Origin: an uncultured Verrucomicrobiota bacterium
Lineage (GTDB): Bacteria > Verrucomicrobiota > Verrucomicrobiia > Limisphaerales > UBA8199
Assembly (NCBI GenBank): GCA_964401575.1
Contig: CAYNZC010000006.1
Span: forward strand, 1,887-65,886
Reading direction: 5' to 3'
DNA: 64,000 nt
Part shown: piece after piece, positions 17,937-28,160 of the stretch
Numbering within the stretch: the stretch's first letter is position 1
Layout: each line of letters starts with the position of its first letter
Notes under the pieces: model-generated
Told to the model about the DNA's origin: nothing
What the model saw: the letters and a program-made list of their open reading frames with translations, nothing else
Database searches by the model: none
Position numbers and translations under genes: made by a program

Positions 17937-18692
17937 CTACTTGACCCCCACGACCAGGGGCGCGAGTCCCTGGATGCGCGCCTCCAATCGGTCGCCCGAG
18001 TGAATCGGGCCGATCCCGCTGGGCGTGCCGGTAAGAATAATGTCGCCGGGCAGCAGGGTGATGTTGGTGGAAATGAAGCTCACCAGCTTAAAACAGTTAA
18101 AAATGAGCTGCCCTGTATGGGAGTTTTGGCGTAGTTGGCCGTTCTGGAACAGTTGGATGGACAGATCGTGCGGATCTATCTTGGTTTCCACGTAAGGCCC
18201 CAGGGGGGTGAAGGTGTCGAAGGACTTGGCCCGCGCCCATTGGCTCTCAGCCGCTTGAATGGTGCGATCGGTTATATCCATGGCAGTGGTGAATCCGAAG
18301 ATATAACGCGCTGCCGCAGCAGGAGTTACGTTCCGGATTCTCCGGCCTATTACAATGCACAATTCCGCTTCGTAGTCTGTGCGATGATTCGGAAATGGTA
18401 TCTCGATCTTGGCGCCGTCTGGGATGAGGGATGTGGGGGCTTTGAACCAGATTAAAGGCTCTTTCGGCAGCGGCTTGCCTGTCTCTCGCGCGTGGTCGGC
18501 ATAGTTGATGCCGACGGCGATCACCTTGGACGGGGCAACAGGCGTGAGCGTCCGAACGCCCTTGAGGGACATCGGCTTCTTTTCGAATGAAGGCGAGCCA
18601 AAGACATCTCCCCGCACGGGGAAGATTTCGCCATCAACAACTTTGGCGAAAAAAATGCGGTCGCCCTTCTGAAACCGGCCAATAGCAGCCAT
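17937..18692 (-). CDS. fumarylacetoacetate hydrolase (FAH) family protein
   Basis: GINYADHARE, DYEAELCIVIG and LLPGDIILTGTPSGIG motifs. ATG at 18692 preferred over the TTG at 18713. Confidence 0.85.
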   Translation of the reverse strand: MAAIGRFQKGDRIFFAKVVDGEIFPVRGDVFGSPSFEKKPMSLKGVRTLTPVAPSKVIAVGINYADHARETGKPLPKEPLIWFKAPTSLIPDGAKIEIPFPNHRTDYEAELCIVIGRRIRNVTPAAAARYIFGFTTAMDITDRTIQAAESQWARAKSFDTFTPLGPYVETKIDPHDLSIQLFQNGQLRQNSHTGQLIFNCFKLVSFISTNITLLPGDIILTGTPSGIGPIHSGDRLEARIQGLAPLVVGVK

Positions 18693-18848
18693 AGAACGGT
18701 AGAGGTGTAGCAAAAGCGGGATAACAAAATCAAGGATAATGGTGGGGATAATGCCGGGTTGCCCTGAGCCTTGCCTGACGCCAGACCTTTTGTGGACGCC
18801 GCATCTGTCGTTGCGGTCTCAGGCCGCTCGCGCAACAATAGTGGCAAG

Positions 18849-19553
18849 ATGGTTAAGCGACATACCCGGGTTTTGACGCTGTTGGCTTTTGGCCTCGCGT
18901 GCCAGCGCCTGGCCGCGCTTTCCGGAGCCGAAGCGACCGGTTTCAGTCCCGCGGTGCAGGCGTGGCTTGATGCACAGACAAATGTGACGAGCTGGGCGGC
19001 GGATTTTGTGCAGACTCGTTATTTAAAGACTCTCAAGCAGCCATTGACCTCGACCGGCCAGGTATGGTTCGCTGCGCCCGGGATGTTCCGGTGGGAACTG
19101 GGCAAACCGGTCCAGAGCATTGCGATCCGCGCAACCAACGAGGTTGTGCTGCTCTACCCGAGACTCAAACGCGCCGAAAAGTACGCGTTGGACGAAAACC
19201 GGAAAGGGCCCTGGCGCGAGGCTTTGGCGTTGCTCGAAGCCGGGTTCCCGCAGGATCGCGAGCAACTTGAGAAGCAATTCGAGATTCTTTCGCAGGACAC
19301 CATAGGCCCGGCGCTACATATCCATCTTCGACCAAAGGCCGCCTCCGCTCGCGCTTTGATGTCGCAAATCACTATTGCAGTGAATATCGAGCAGCAGCAA
19401 TTGCTTTCAACCGAGTTGACCTTTGCGGACGGTTCGCGCATGCGCAACGATTTCAGTCGGCAGGAGCTCAATCCGCTTGTGGATCCGGAGGTGTTTTCCG
19501 CCGCCGTGCCTGCGGGATACACAGTGTCCGAACCGCTAAAAAATCGACGCTGA
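18849..19553 (+). CDS. LolA-like outer-membrane lipoprotein carrier family protein
   Basis: Signal peptide, then WAADFVQTRYLKTLKQPLTSTGQVWFAAPGMFRWELGKP, typical of the LolA fold. ATG 18849 chosen within the longer ORF. Confidence 0.7.
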   Translation: MVKRHTRVLTLLAFGLACQRLAALSGAEATGFSPAVQAWLDAQTNVTSWAADFVQTRYLKTLKQPLTSTGQVWFAAPGMFRWELGKPVQSIAIRATNEVVLLYPRLKRAEKYALDENRKGPWREALALLEAGFPQDREQLEKQFEILSQDTIGPALHIHLRPKAASARALMSQITIAVNIEQQQLLSTELTFADGSRMRNDFSRQELNPLVDPEVFSAAVPAGYTVSEPLKNRR

Positions 19554-19559
19554 CGGCGC

Positions 19560-19991
19560 ATGAATCCTTCTCTCGAGACCGCTCTGCAGGCGCTTCCGCA
19601 CGGACGCGAGTTCCGTTTCATTGACCGGCTCATCGCGTTGGTTCCGGGCAGGAGCGGGACCGGCGAATACGTGGTGCGGGGTGATGAGACTTTTCTGCGA
19701 GGTCATTTTCCCGGCGCGCCTTTGTTTCCCGGTGTGCTCCTGGTGGAGGCGGGGGCCCAACTGGCCGGCGCCGTGGCGCAATCTGACACGAGTGTTCCCG
19801 CGATTCAGGGCCTGAAGCTGGCGGGGATCAAGTCCGCCAGGTTTTATAGCAGCGCCGTTCCCGGGGCGCTGATTCGTGTGGAGGCGCTGGTGACAGCGCG
19901 TCTGGAGGGTGTCGTGCAGGCCGAGACATCGGCTTATGTGGGGGAGGCGCAGCTAATGTCCGCTGTGGTGACCCTGGCCGGGGCGGCGTAA
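19560..19991 (+). CDS. FabA/FabZ-like 3-hydroxyacyl-ACP dehydratase (hotdog fold)
   Basis: Active-site region FLRGHFPGAPLFPGVLLVEAGAQ. 143 aa. Confidence 0.75.
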   Translation: MNPSLETALQALPHGREFRFIDRLIALVPGRSGTGEYVVRGDETFLRGHFPGAPLFPGVLLVEAGAQLAGAVAQSDTSVPAIQGLKLAGIKSARFYSSAVPGALIRVEALVTARLEGVVQAETSAYVGEAQLMSAVVTLAGAA

Positions 19992-20024
19992 ACTGCCGGA
20001 GACTCTCGTCAGCTCGTCCCCAGC

Positions 20025-21023
20025 TTAAAGAACCACGGTTGCCAGGCCGAAGTAGAACAGTAGCGTGCAAATGTCCGTTATGGCCAGGGTGAGCGGACCG
20101 GCGGCGATTTTCGGATCCCACTTCAACCAATGCAGCAGCGCAGGCACGGCCAGGCCGAAGAAGCATGCCGAGCACAGCGAGAGGAAGATGCTTCCGCCAA
20201 TGACCAGCGCGGCCGGCTCGAAGCCGCGCCACACCGATGCTGCAAAGGTTACGGTGCAGCCGCAGGCCAAGCCGAGCAGGATGGCGACTCCCGACTCTTT
20301 CTTTAGTCCGTTGAGGAACCAGCGGAGGCTTAACCTGGCCGAGCGGAGTCCCTGCACGGTAATTGCCATGGATTGCATCGCCACGCTTTCCCCCAGGGCC
20401 AGCACAAGCGTGAGGAAAAAAGTAAGGATAAGCGCCCGGGCGATTGTTTGTTCGAAGACGCCGGCCAGCAGAGCGCACATGATGCCGCTGATCAGCGTAG
20501 AAATCAGCCACGGGAACCTGAGCCGGAAAGCCTGGAAGGGGGATGCCGTCCGCACTTGCGAAACGTGAAAGCCCAGCGCTTCGAACAATTCGTCCGTCTG
20601 CTCCTTCTCGGCAAGGTCCAGCACTTCCTGTGTGAAGAGGCTCACATCGACAATTCCGAGAACGCGACGATCTTTACTGATCACGGGAAAAGCCAGGAAC
20701 CGGTGCATCACAAAGGCTTCGCAGGCATCCAGGATGGTGGCTGTCTCGGGGAGGCTGACCACCTTCGGGATCATCACCTGAGAAAGCCGCGCGTCCAGGG
20801 GTGCAGTTAACAACCTTCGAGTCGGCAAAACACCGGAGAGCCGATCCCGCTCATCCAGGACGTAAAAATATACCACTTTTTCTCCCACGCCCTGCTGGCG
20901 GATGGCGTCAAGCGCCTCCCGGACGGTGGCTTCAAGGCGGAGTTTTGGGAAGTCCGTGCGGGCCAGAGGGAGTACGGGCTCGTCCAAATGTTCCTTTGCC
21001 TGTGGAACCGGGACCGGTGGCAT
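20025..21023 (-). CDS. mgtE: magnesium transporter MgtE, short form (CBS pair plus TM domain, no MgtE_N domain)
   Basis: CBS-pair region, then MgtE-type TM domain (GESVAMQSMAITVQ, PLTLAITDICTLLFYFGLA). Confidence 0.85.
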   Translation of the reverse strand: MPPVPVPQAKEHLDEPVLPLARTDFPKLRLEATVREALDAIRQQGVGEKVVYFYVLDERDRLSGVLPTRRLLTAPLDARLSQVMIPKVVSLPETATILDACEAFVMHRFLAFPVISKDRRVLGIVDVSLFTQEVLDLAEKEQTDELFEALGFHVSQVRTASPFQAFRLRFPWLISTLISGIMCALLAGVFEQTIARALILTFFLTLVLALGESVAMQSMAITVQGLRSARLSLRWFLNGLKKESGVAILLGLACGCTVTFAASVWRGFEPAALVIGGSIFLSLCSACFFGLAVPALLHWLKWDPKIAAGPLTLAITDICTLLFYFGLATVVL

Positions 21024-21038
21024 CGTGTTGTTGAGGTT

Positions 21039-21374
21039 TTACATCCTGTCTTTGGACGGCGGCTTCGGGACGGCTGCCGCGTCCGTTTCTTCCCGTGGAT
21101 CGTCCACGGGCTTCGGCTTGAAGAGCACAACGACGTTCCCCACCCGGGTGACCAGGTGGCTCGATGTCTTTAGCGCCATTTCGACCGCCAGTTCCTTCTT
21201 CTGTTCCTTAAACTCGTCGAATTTGACTTTGACCAGTTCGCAATGCTTGAGCGTTTCGTTCAGGCCCGCGATAAAGCGCGGGCTCAAGCCGTCCTTGCCG
21301 ACTTTGACACCGGCCTTCATCCGCTGGGCCCGGGCCTTGAGCGACCGGATGACCGGATTGCTGAGAGCTTCCAT
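21039..21374 (-). CDS. yhbY: YhbY/CRM-domain RNA-binding protein
   Basis: LKARAQRMKAGVKVGKDGLSPRFIAGLNETLKHCELVKVKF. ATG 21374 gives about 111 aa; the longer 193-aa form runs into the divergent promoter region. Confidence 0.8.
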   Translation of the reverse strand: MEALSNPVIRSLKARAQRMKAGVKVGKDGLSPRFIAGLNETLKHCELVKVKFDEFKEQKKELAVEMALKTSSHLVTRVGNVVVLFKPKPVDDPREETDAAAVPKPPSKDRM

Positions 21375-21474
21375 GCCGGGAATGTAGCCGCTGAGCACCA
21401 AAAAACGAAGGACGGTTTTTGGGGCACTCAAAGTCATTCTTGCGGGAAAGGCGGAACCAAGGATACTTCGAGAC

Positions 21475-22959
21475 GTGAACTTCATCATCAGCGCTTTGTG
21501 TGTCCTGTATCTGGCAGTCGGGTGTTCCGGGGCGGGCGCCGCGCCCGCGGCGCAGGAATCTGCAGTTCCGGCCCGGTTCAAAAACGTGCCACCTACGGGT
21601 GGAAGGCTTGATGCGGACAACGGGTATCGCGGGATCTGGTATTACAACCAGGTGGTGAAGAACGAGTATAAGTACAAGTATTCCGGCGGTTTTGCCACCT
21701 ATCCGTATCAGCATGTGCCCATCGCCGTTTATTGCAAGAAGCCGGACAAGACGTTTTTCGTTTATGGCGGCACCACTGCGCGGGCGGCGGGTGATAAACA
21801 GGAACTGCTCCACATGGTTTCCTTATTCGATCACAAGACCGGCAACGTCCCGCGCCCGCGCGTGCTGCTGAACAAGAAGACCGATGACGCGCACGACAAT
21901 CCGACTCTCCAGGTGGATGATCGAGGGCACCTGTGGATTTTTTCGTCCGCGCACGGCACGGGGCGGCCTTCGTACATCCATCGCAGTGTGAAGCCATACT
22001 CGATTGACGAATTCGAGAGGGTGCTGGTGACCAACTTTTCCTACACGCAACCGTGGTATGTGCCCGGGCGGGGTTTCCTGTTCCTCCACACGCGGTATGG
22101 CGGGGGTAAGCCTGCGGGAATTCCGGCGGCGCGCTGCCTTTTCTACATGGTCAGCAAGGACGGTTGGAGCTGGAGCAATCCGCAAATGCTTGCCGGGATC
22201 GAGCAGGGTGATTACCAGGTAAGCTGGGGCAGGGGCTCCAAAGTGGCCACAGCTTTCGATTTTCATCCGCAACCCAACGGCCTGAACGCAAGGGCGAACA
22301 TCTACTATGCCGAAACGCGCGATCTCGGGCGAACGTGGCGAAATGTGGCCGGCGATCGGCTGCGCCTGCCGCTGGTGGCAACGAACAATCCCGCCCTGGC
22401 CTATGATTCACGCCCCGAGTCAAAACTCGTTTACCTGATGGACGTGGACTTTGACGCGAAGGGGCGGCCTGTGATTCTTTTCCTGACCAGCAAAGGATTC
22501 GAGCCCGGGCCTGAAAACGGTCCGCGCGAATGGCAGACATTGCGCTGGACGGGGTCGGAATGGGTGCGGCGTCCGCTGACCTGCTCGGGGAACAATTATG
22601 ATCACGGCTCGCTTTACGTGGAGCGGGGAGGCGTGTGGCGCGTGATCGGCCCGACCGAAACGGGGCCGCAGCCATGCAACACGGGCGGGGAAGTGGCCAT
22701 GTGGGTCAGCCGGGATGAAGGCCGGAACTGGACCCGGACGAAGCAACTGACGCGCGGCAGCAAGTACAATCACACGTTTGTCCGCCGTCCGATGAATGCC
22801 CACCCGGGTTTCTACGCGTTGTGGGCGGATGGCCACGGGCGCGAGCCTTCGATGTCCTCGCTCTACTTCACTGATAAAGAAGGCACGCAGGTATGGAAGC
22901 TGCCGGAGGTGATGACAGGCGAGTCGGCGACTCCCGAGCGCGTTTCTGGCGGCGGTTGA
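21475..22959 (+). CDS. BNR/Asp-box repeat lipoprotein (sialidase-like beta-propeller)
   Basis: GTG start. Lipobox YLAVGCSG. Asp-boxes TRDLGRTW and SRDEGRNW. Confidence 0.65.
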   Translation: MNFIISALCVLYLAVGCSGAGAAPAAQESAVPARFKNVPPTGGRLDADNGYRGIWYYNQVVKNEYKYKYSGGFATYPYQHVPIAVYCKKPDKTFFVYGGTTARAAGDKQELLHMVSLFDHKTGNVPRPRVLLNKKTDDAHDNPTLQVDDRGHLWIFSSAHGTGRPSYIHRSVKPYSIDEFERVLVTNFSYTQPWYVPGRGFLFLHTRYGGGKPAGIPAARCLFYMVSKDGWSWSNPQMLAGIEQGDYQVSWGRGSKVATAFDFHPQPNGLNARANIYYAETRDLGRTWRNVAGDRLRLPLVATNNPALAYDSRPESKLVYLMDVDFDAKGRPVILFLTSKGFEPGPENGPREWQTLRWTGSEWVRRPLTCSGNNYDHGSLYVERGGVWRVIGPTETGPQPCNTGGEVAMWVSRDEGRNWTRTKQLTRGSKYNHTFVRRPMNAHPGFYALWADGHGREPSMSSLYFTDKEGTQVWKLPEVMTGESATPERVSGGG

Positions 22960-22961
22960 AC

Positions 22962-24506
22962 CTATTTTGACGGGCTTTTTCTCAACTGCTTTGCATCCAC
23001 GCCGGCAGGGGGCAATTTGTCGGTGAATTGGTCTGTGTCCCCCAGTTCGGTTTTCAGCCGCAGCATTTCCTTTTTGAGAGCATCGGCTGTCCTCGCGTAA
23101 GCCGGGTCATTGTACACGTTGCGGAGTTCCTCGGGATCCTTCACGAGGTCGTAAAGTTCGTACTGATTCTTTGTCCAGAAGAAGAGGAGTTTGTGCGTGG
23201 TTGTGCGGATGCCGTAATGAGCGCGAGTGTTGTGGTTGCCCGGGTCGTGGTAATAGCGGTAGTAGAAGCTGGTGCGCCAGGCGCGAGGCGCTTCTCCGCT
23301 GAGCAGGGGAGCCAGGCTGCGCCCCTGCATGTCGTTTGGAACCTCCAGGCCGGCCACATCCATGAACGTCGGCGCAAAGTCGCAATTGATCGAAAGGGCG
23401 GACTGTTTCGTTCCGGGTTTTATTTTTGCAGGCCAGCGCGCCAGGAACGGCATGCGGATGGACTCTTCGTACATGAAGCGTTTGTCGTAGAGCCCGTGAT
23501 CGCCCAGGAAAAAGCCCTGGTCGCTGGTGTAGATGACGAGGGTGTTCTCCTTGAGCCCGTTTGCGTCCAGCCAGTCCAATAGCCGGCCAACGTTGTCGTC
23601 CACGGATTGCACGCAGGCGAGGTAATCCTGCATGTAACGCTGGTATTTCCATGCGTTCAAAGCGTCGCCCTCGAGCACCTGTTCCTTGCCGTCTTTTGTA
23701 ATGGTCACTCGAGTGGGCAGCTCATTGAGCCATTGGTTCCGCTGCTGCGGTGTCAATCCCTCGGGCGGCACAAGCTTGAGATCCCGGCGTGTCATGTCCT
23801 GGAAAACCTTTTGCTCGCATTCCTTGATGGCGTCCGCGCGGCCCTTGTGATCGTCGCGCAGAGTTGCGGGTTCGGGAATGTGCTTATCGGCGAACATGGC
23901 TTTGTGTTTCTCGTCCGGCTCCCAGTTTCGATGGGGCGCCTTGTGATGGCACATGAGGAAGAAGGGTTTGTCTTTGGGCCGATTCTTCAGGAAATCAATG
24001 GATAGATCCGTAATGATATCCGTGGCGTAGCCTTTCACCACATCCCTCCCGCCGGGCTTGAGGAAGACCGGGTCAAAGTAAGTGCCCTGGCCGACCAGGA
24101 CGCGCCAGTAATCAAAGCCGGTGGGTTCGCTGCCCAGGTGCCATTTCCCGATAACACCGGTGTAATACCCGGCTTTTTGCAGGTATTTGGCGACTGTAGG
24201 CTGAGAGCCGTCGAATGTATTGAACACGGGCACGCCATTGATGTGGCTGTATTTGCCGGTCAGGATCGTTGCGCGGCTGGGGGTGCAAATCGAGTTCACC
24301 GCGAAACAATTATCAAAGCGAATGCCCTCCTTCGCAATGCTGTCCATGTGGGGTGTCCGGTTGATCCTGCTGCCGTAAGCGCTGATCGCGTGGGCGGCGT
24401 GGTCATCCGTCATAATGTAGAGGATGTTCGGGCGGGACGGAGCGGCGGAGACTGTGAGGGAACACAGCGAAGCCAATGCACAGACAAGGATGCACATTTT
24501 TTTCAT
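22962..24506 (-). CDS. sulfatase (formylglycine-dependent, S1 family)
   Basis: Signal peptide. C-x-P-x-R motif SICTPSRATILTGKY. MTDDH metal site. ATG 24506 (MKKMCILV). Confidence 0.9.
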   Translation of the reverse strand: MKKMCILVCALASLCSLTVSAAPSRPNILYIMTDDHAAHAISAYGSRINRTPHMDSIAKEGIRFDNCFAVNSICTPSRATILTGKYSHINGVPVFNTFDGSQPTVAKYLQKAGYYTGVIGKWHLGSEPTGFDYWRVLVGQGTYFDPVFLKPGGRDVVKGYATDIITDLSIDFLKNRPKDKPFFLMCHHKAPHRNWEPDEKHKAMFADKHIPEPATLRDDHKGRADAIKECEQKVFQDMTRRDLKLVPPEGLTPQQRNQWLNELPTRVTITKDGKEQVLEGDALNAWKYQRYMQDYLACVQSVDDNVGRLLDWLDANGLKENTLVIYTSDQGFFLGDHGLYDKRFMYEESIRMPFLARWPAKIKPGTKQSALSINCDFAPTFMDVAGLEVPNDMQGRSLAPLLSGEAPRAWRTSFYYRYYHDPGNHNTRAHYGIRTTTHKLLFFWTKNQYELYDLVKDPEELRNVYNDPAYARTADALKKEMLRLKTELGDTDQFTDKLPPAGVDAKQLRKSPSK

Positions 24507-24587
24507 AGGGCACATAATGGGGCTAAATGGATAGCAGACAAGCCTATTGGAAGTGCAAGGCATCGGGCCATCGCCGGTGCTCCGGCG

Positions 24588-24965
24588 TCATCCCTCCAGG
24601 ACGGCGGATGCGGTAGCGTAAACTTCCGTGTGACTGATTGTTATGAGAAGCGCGCGACCGTTGCGCTCCTGCATCAGCTTTTCACCGGCTCCATGGAGCA
24701 CCACGTAAGGTTCTCCCGAGGCTTTGCGGCAGATTTCCATGTCGCGCCAGCTCAACTGCGCTCCGATGCCTGTGCCAAAGGCTTTTGAAATTGCCTCTTT
24801 CGCGGCGAACCGGGCAGCCAGGAAAGGCGCGGGGTTCCGGTGCGAAAGGCAGTATTCGATTTCTGAAGGCAGGAGCACTCGATTCAGAAACCGGTCTCCA
24901 AACCGCTCGTGCGAGCTTTTGATGCGCTCGACCTCGATAATATCTGTGCCGATTCCCAGGACCAT
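24588..24965 (-). CDS. acpS: holo-[acyl-carrier-protein] synthase
   Basis: [15 protein letters not shown]...; 125 aa. Start overlaps the pdxJ stop (TGATG). Confidence 0.9.
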   Translation of the reverse strand: MVLGIGTDIIEVERIKSSHERFGDRFLNRVLLPSEIEYCLSHRNPAPFLAARFAAKEAISKAFGTGIGAQLSWRDMEICRKASGEPYVVLHGAGEKLMQERNGRALLITISHTEVYATASAVLEG

Positions 24966-25702
24966 CAGCCGTTGTACCCTTTCATGAGCTGCAGCATCTC
25001 TTTTACGGCGCTGGCCAGGCCGGTCGTGATGGACCGGCTGATGATCGAGTGCCCGATGTTGAGTTCCACCAGGTGGGGGACATCCTTGATAGCGGCAAGA
25101 TTCTTATAGTTCAAACCGTGTCCGGCATTCACGCATAGACCCAACGCGTGCGCCTGGCGGGCGCCCTTCACGAGGCGGTCCAGTTCCACGCGCATTTCGG
25201 CGGGGTTCTCAAACGCCTCGGCAAAGGAGCCGGTGTGCAGCTCGATGTAACCACAACCGGTGCGTGCCGCCGCTTCAATCTGGTAAGGGTCCGGGGCGAT
25301 GAACAGGCTGACCTCAATTCCGGCGTCCCTCATCCGGCTGCAGGTCTGCTGGATGGCGCTTTCGGCGCCTGCCACGTCCAGACCGCCCTCGGTGGTGACC
25401 TCCTGGCGCCGTTCGGGAACCAGGCAGATGATGTCCGGCTTAAGTTTCAAAGCGATCTCGACGATCTCGGGCGCGTTGGCCATTTCCAGATTCAGGCGCG
25501 TGCGGATTTTTTCGCGAAGAGCCCGGACATCGCGGTCCTGCATGTGCCTGCGGTCTTCCCGCAAGTGCGCGGTGATGCCGTGGGCGCCGCTCTGCTCGCA
25601 GATCAGCGCCGCATCGAGGGGGTCCGGTTCTCCGGCGCGGCCGCGATACCGGGCCTCGCGCAGCGTTGCCACGTGGTCAATGTTCACACCAAGCTTTAAC
25701 AT
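24965..25702 (-). CDS. pdxJ: pyridoxine 5'-phosphate synthase
   Basis: [18 protein letters not shown]..., [17 protein letters not shown] 25702 chosen; 25720 is an alternative. Confidence 0.92.
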   Translation of the reverse strand: MLKLGVNIDHVATLREARYRGRAGEPDPLDAALICEQSGAHGITAHLREDRRHMQDRDVRALREKIRTRLNLEMANAPEIVEIALKLKPDIICLVPERRQEVTTEGGLDVAGAESAIQQTCSRMRDAGIEVSLFIAPDPYQIEAAARTGCGYIELHTGSFAEAFENPAEMRVELDRLVKGARQAHALGLCVNAGHGLNYKNLAAIKDVPHLVELNIGHSIISRSITTGLASAVKEMLQLMKGYNG

Positions 25703-25857
25703 CTGAATTAATATGGGCATGCCGGCGGCGGCGGGCAAGCACGGGACGCGCTCCGTATTAGTACAATTCCGGTCAGTGCCGCTTGACTTCACCTGCTGCC
25801 AAACCCATATTCGGCTATAGACGGTAAAGACGTACCTGGATGAATTTTTGACGTGCT

Positions 25858-27609
25858 ATGCCCAGACACAAGGGAACCCGATCCACCCGCTCCAGGATGA
25901 AGACTTCGCATGGTCGCCTCGCCGGGAGAACCATTAAGGATGACGTTCCATGCAATGGCGGAAACCCGCGCAACAACGGTCACAATGATTTCTCGCGCGA
26001 GATCGCGGAATGCGTCCGGGAGCTTGTGCTGCTGGGCAGGGAACAGGGGCATCTTACCTACTCGGATATCAGCGAGCATCTGCCGGCGCACCTGGCCATA
26101 CCGCAATACCTGGAGGAGATTTGCGCAAAGCTGCGCGGGCTCGAGGTCGAGATCGTTGACCAGATCGAGGCGGAGCGTGTCCAGAGGCTGGAGGACTTTT
26201 CCGAGCGTTCCCGGCTGGACATCCTGGATGATCCGGTCCGGATGTATCTGAAGCAGATGGGCCAGGTGCCGCTGCTCACGCGCGAGCAGGAGGTGGAAAT
26301 CTCCAAGCGCATTGAAGTGGCCGAAGAGCAGATCCGGGCAATCGTTTGCGAGTTTGGATTTGCCGCGAAGGAGCACGTGGCGCTGGCCGAAAAGCTGCTG
26401 GCTGATCCGCCCCGGGAGCGTTTTGACCGGGTGGTGACCGACAACAAAATCCCGGTGCGGGATTCCCACCTGCGCGCGATCCGCCGATTTCTGGGGACGG
26501 TGCGGACTTTGGACCAGCAGTTGGACATGAATTTTGCCGAATGGCGCCGGTGCGGCGGGGCGACCCGGCGAAAGAAGCTTCGGGCTGAATTCAAGGCGCT
26601 GGATGAGAAACTTCAGAAATTACTGCCCAGATTCTGTTTTAAACAAAAGATCGCGGAGGAGATGGCATCCGTCGCGCAGAACATCTTCGAGAAGATGACG
26701 ATGGCCTCGCGTTGTTCCGCGGCGGATGAATTTCCGCCCACGGACGGGCGGGGGAACGGCGAACTGGATCTTGATGGGCATAAGATTGCGGCGCTCGAAG
26801 AGTTTGTGCGGATGCCTTCCAGCATGTTTTTCGACGTGTTTCGAAAGCTGAGCATTGCGATGGCGCAGGCGCTGCAGGCCAAAACGGAAATGGTTGAGGC
26901 AAACCTGCGGTTGGTGATCTCTATCGCCAAGCGGTACACCAATCGCGGATTGTCGTTCCTGGACCTCGTCCAGGAGGGCAATGTGGGCCTGATGAAGGCC
27001 GTCGAGAAGTTTGAGTACCGGCGCGGATACAAGTTTTCGACCTATGCAACATGGTGGATACGGCAGGCGATCACCAGGTCCATTGCGGACCAGGCGCGCA
27101 CCATCCGGATCCCGGTCCACATGATTGATACGATCAACAAACTGATGCGCGCGCAGAAGCGGCTGATCCAGGATTTCGGGCGCGAGCCCACTACCGAGGA
27201 AATTGCCGAAGATATGCAGATGTCCGTGGAGCGGACTCGCGCGATCATGAAAATGGCCCAGACGCCGATTTCGCTGCAAGCGCCGGTGGGCGACGGTGAG
27301 GACGCAAATCTTGGCGATTTTATCGAGGACAAGAACAGTGAGAACCCTTCGGATGTCACGAGCTTTGGGCTGCTCAGGGACAAGCTCGGAGATGTGCTGG
27401 GCAGCCTTGCGGAGCGTGAACGACAGGTGTTGGAGATGCGGTTTGGCCTTTTGGACGGATCGGCCCGAACACTCGAGGAGGTCGGAAAGCAGTTCAACGT
27501 CACGCGTGAGCGCATTCGCCAAATTGAAGCCAAAGCCCTCCGCAAAATGCGGCATCCCATCCGTATCCGGCAGTTGCACGGTTTCCTCGAAATAAAGCGC
27601 GGGCGCTAA
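25858..27609 (+). CDS. rpoD: RNA polymerase primary sigma factor (sigma-70)
   Basis: Region 2 ([48 protein letters not shown]), region 3, and region 4.2 ([30 protein letters not shown]). Confidence 0.95.
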   Translation: MPRHKGTRSTRSRMKTSHGRLAGRTIKDDVPCNGGNPRNNGHNDFSREIAECVRELVLLGREQGHLTYSDISEHLPAHLAIPQYLEEICAKLRGLEVEIVDQIEAERVQRLEDFSERSRLDILDDPVRMYLKQMGQVPLLTREQEVEISKRIEVAEEQIRAIVCEFGFAAKEHVALAEKLLADPPRERFDRVVTDNKIPVRDSHLRAIRRFLGTVRTLDQQLDMNFAEWRRCGGATRRKKLRAEFKALDEKLQKLLPRFCFKQKIAEEMASVAQNIFEKMTMASRCSAADEFPPTDGRGNGELDLDGHKIAALEEFVRMPSSMFFDVFRKLSIAMAQALQAKTEMVEANLRLVISIAKRYTNRGLSFLDLVQEGNVGLMKAVEKFEYRRGYKFSTYATWWIRQAITRSIADQARTIRIPVHMIDTINKLMRAQKRLIQDFGREPTTEEIAEDMQMSVERTRAIMKMAQTPISLQAPVGDGEDANLGDFIEDKNSENPSDVTSFGLLRDKLGDVLGSLAERERQVLEMRFGLLDGSARTLEEVGKQFNVTRERIRQIEAKALRKMRHPIRIRQLHGFLEIKRGR

Positions 27610-27657
27610 GCCTGTCTATTCCCGCCTTCGAAACCGCAGGGCCGGCATGCTGCCGGC

Positions 27658-28143
27658 TTACTCGATTGAACGCATCACCGCCGCCATGGCCAGGGCTGTC
27701 TGCGCCGCCTCCACCCCACGGTTATGCTTTTTGTCGAGGCAGCGGACCCGGGCCTGTTCCTTGTTTTCCAAAAGTAGAACTTCGTGGACCATTGGAATCT
27801 CGTAGCGGAGCTGAAGATCCATCAGCGCGCGGCTGACGCCCTCGCCGATGTGCGCGGCGTGGGTGGTTTCGCCGCGAAGGATGACGCCGAGGCAAATGAC
27901 AGCTCCAAGCCTCTCGCCGGCGGGGTCTTGATGCGCCTTGCGCGCGATTCGCGCGGCGGCTATCGGCACCTCGTAGGCGCCGGGCACCCGCACCACCTGC
28001 ACATTGGCGGCGCCCGCCTTGCGCAGGACGCCGAGCGCGGCCCGGAGCATCGGGTTCACATATTCGCCGTTGTATTCGGAGGCGACGATCGCGAACCGTG
28101 CGCCGGCTGTTTTGAGTTTTCTGGCTTTGACTTGTTTGAGCAT
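27658..28143 (-). CDS. ribH: 6,7-dimethyl-8-ribityllumazine synthase
   Basis: 161 aa. FAIVASEYNGEY..., VPGAYEVP, GVILRGETTH. Confidence 0.93.
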   Translation of the reverse strand: MLKQVKARKLKTAGARFAIVASEYNGEYVNPMLRAALGVLRKAGAANVQVVRVPGAYEVPIAAARIARKAHQDPAGERLGAVICLGVILRGETTHAAHIGEGVSRALMDLQLRYEIPMVHEVLLLENKEQARVRCLDKKHNRGVEAAQTALAMAAVMRSIE

Positions 28144-28160
28144 GATTGCAGTGGCGCTGT

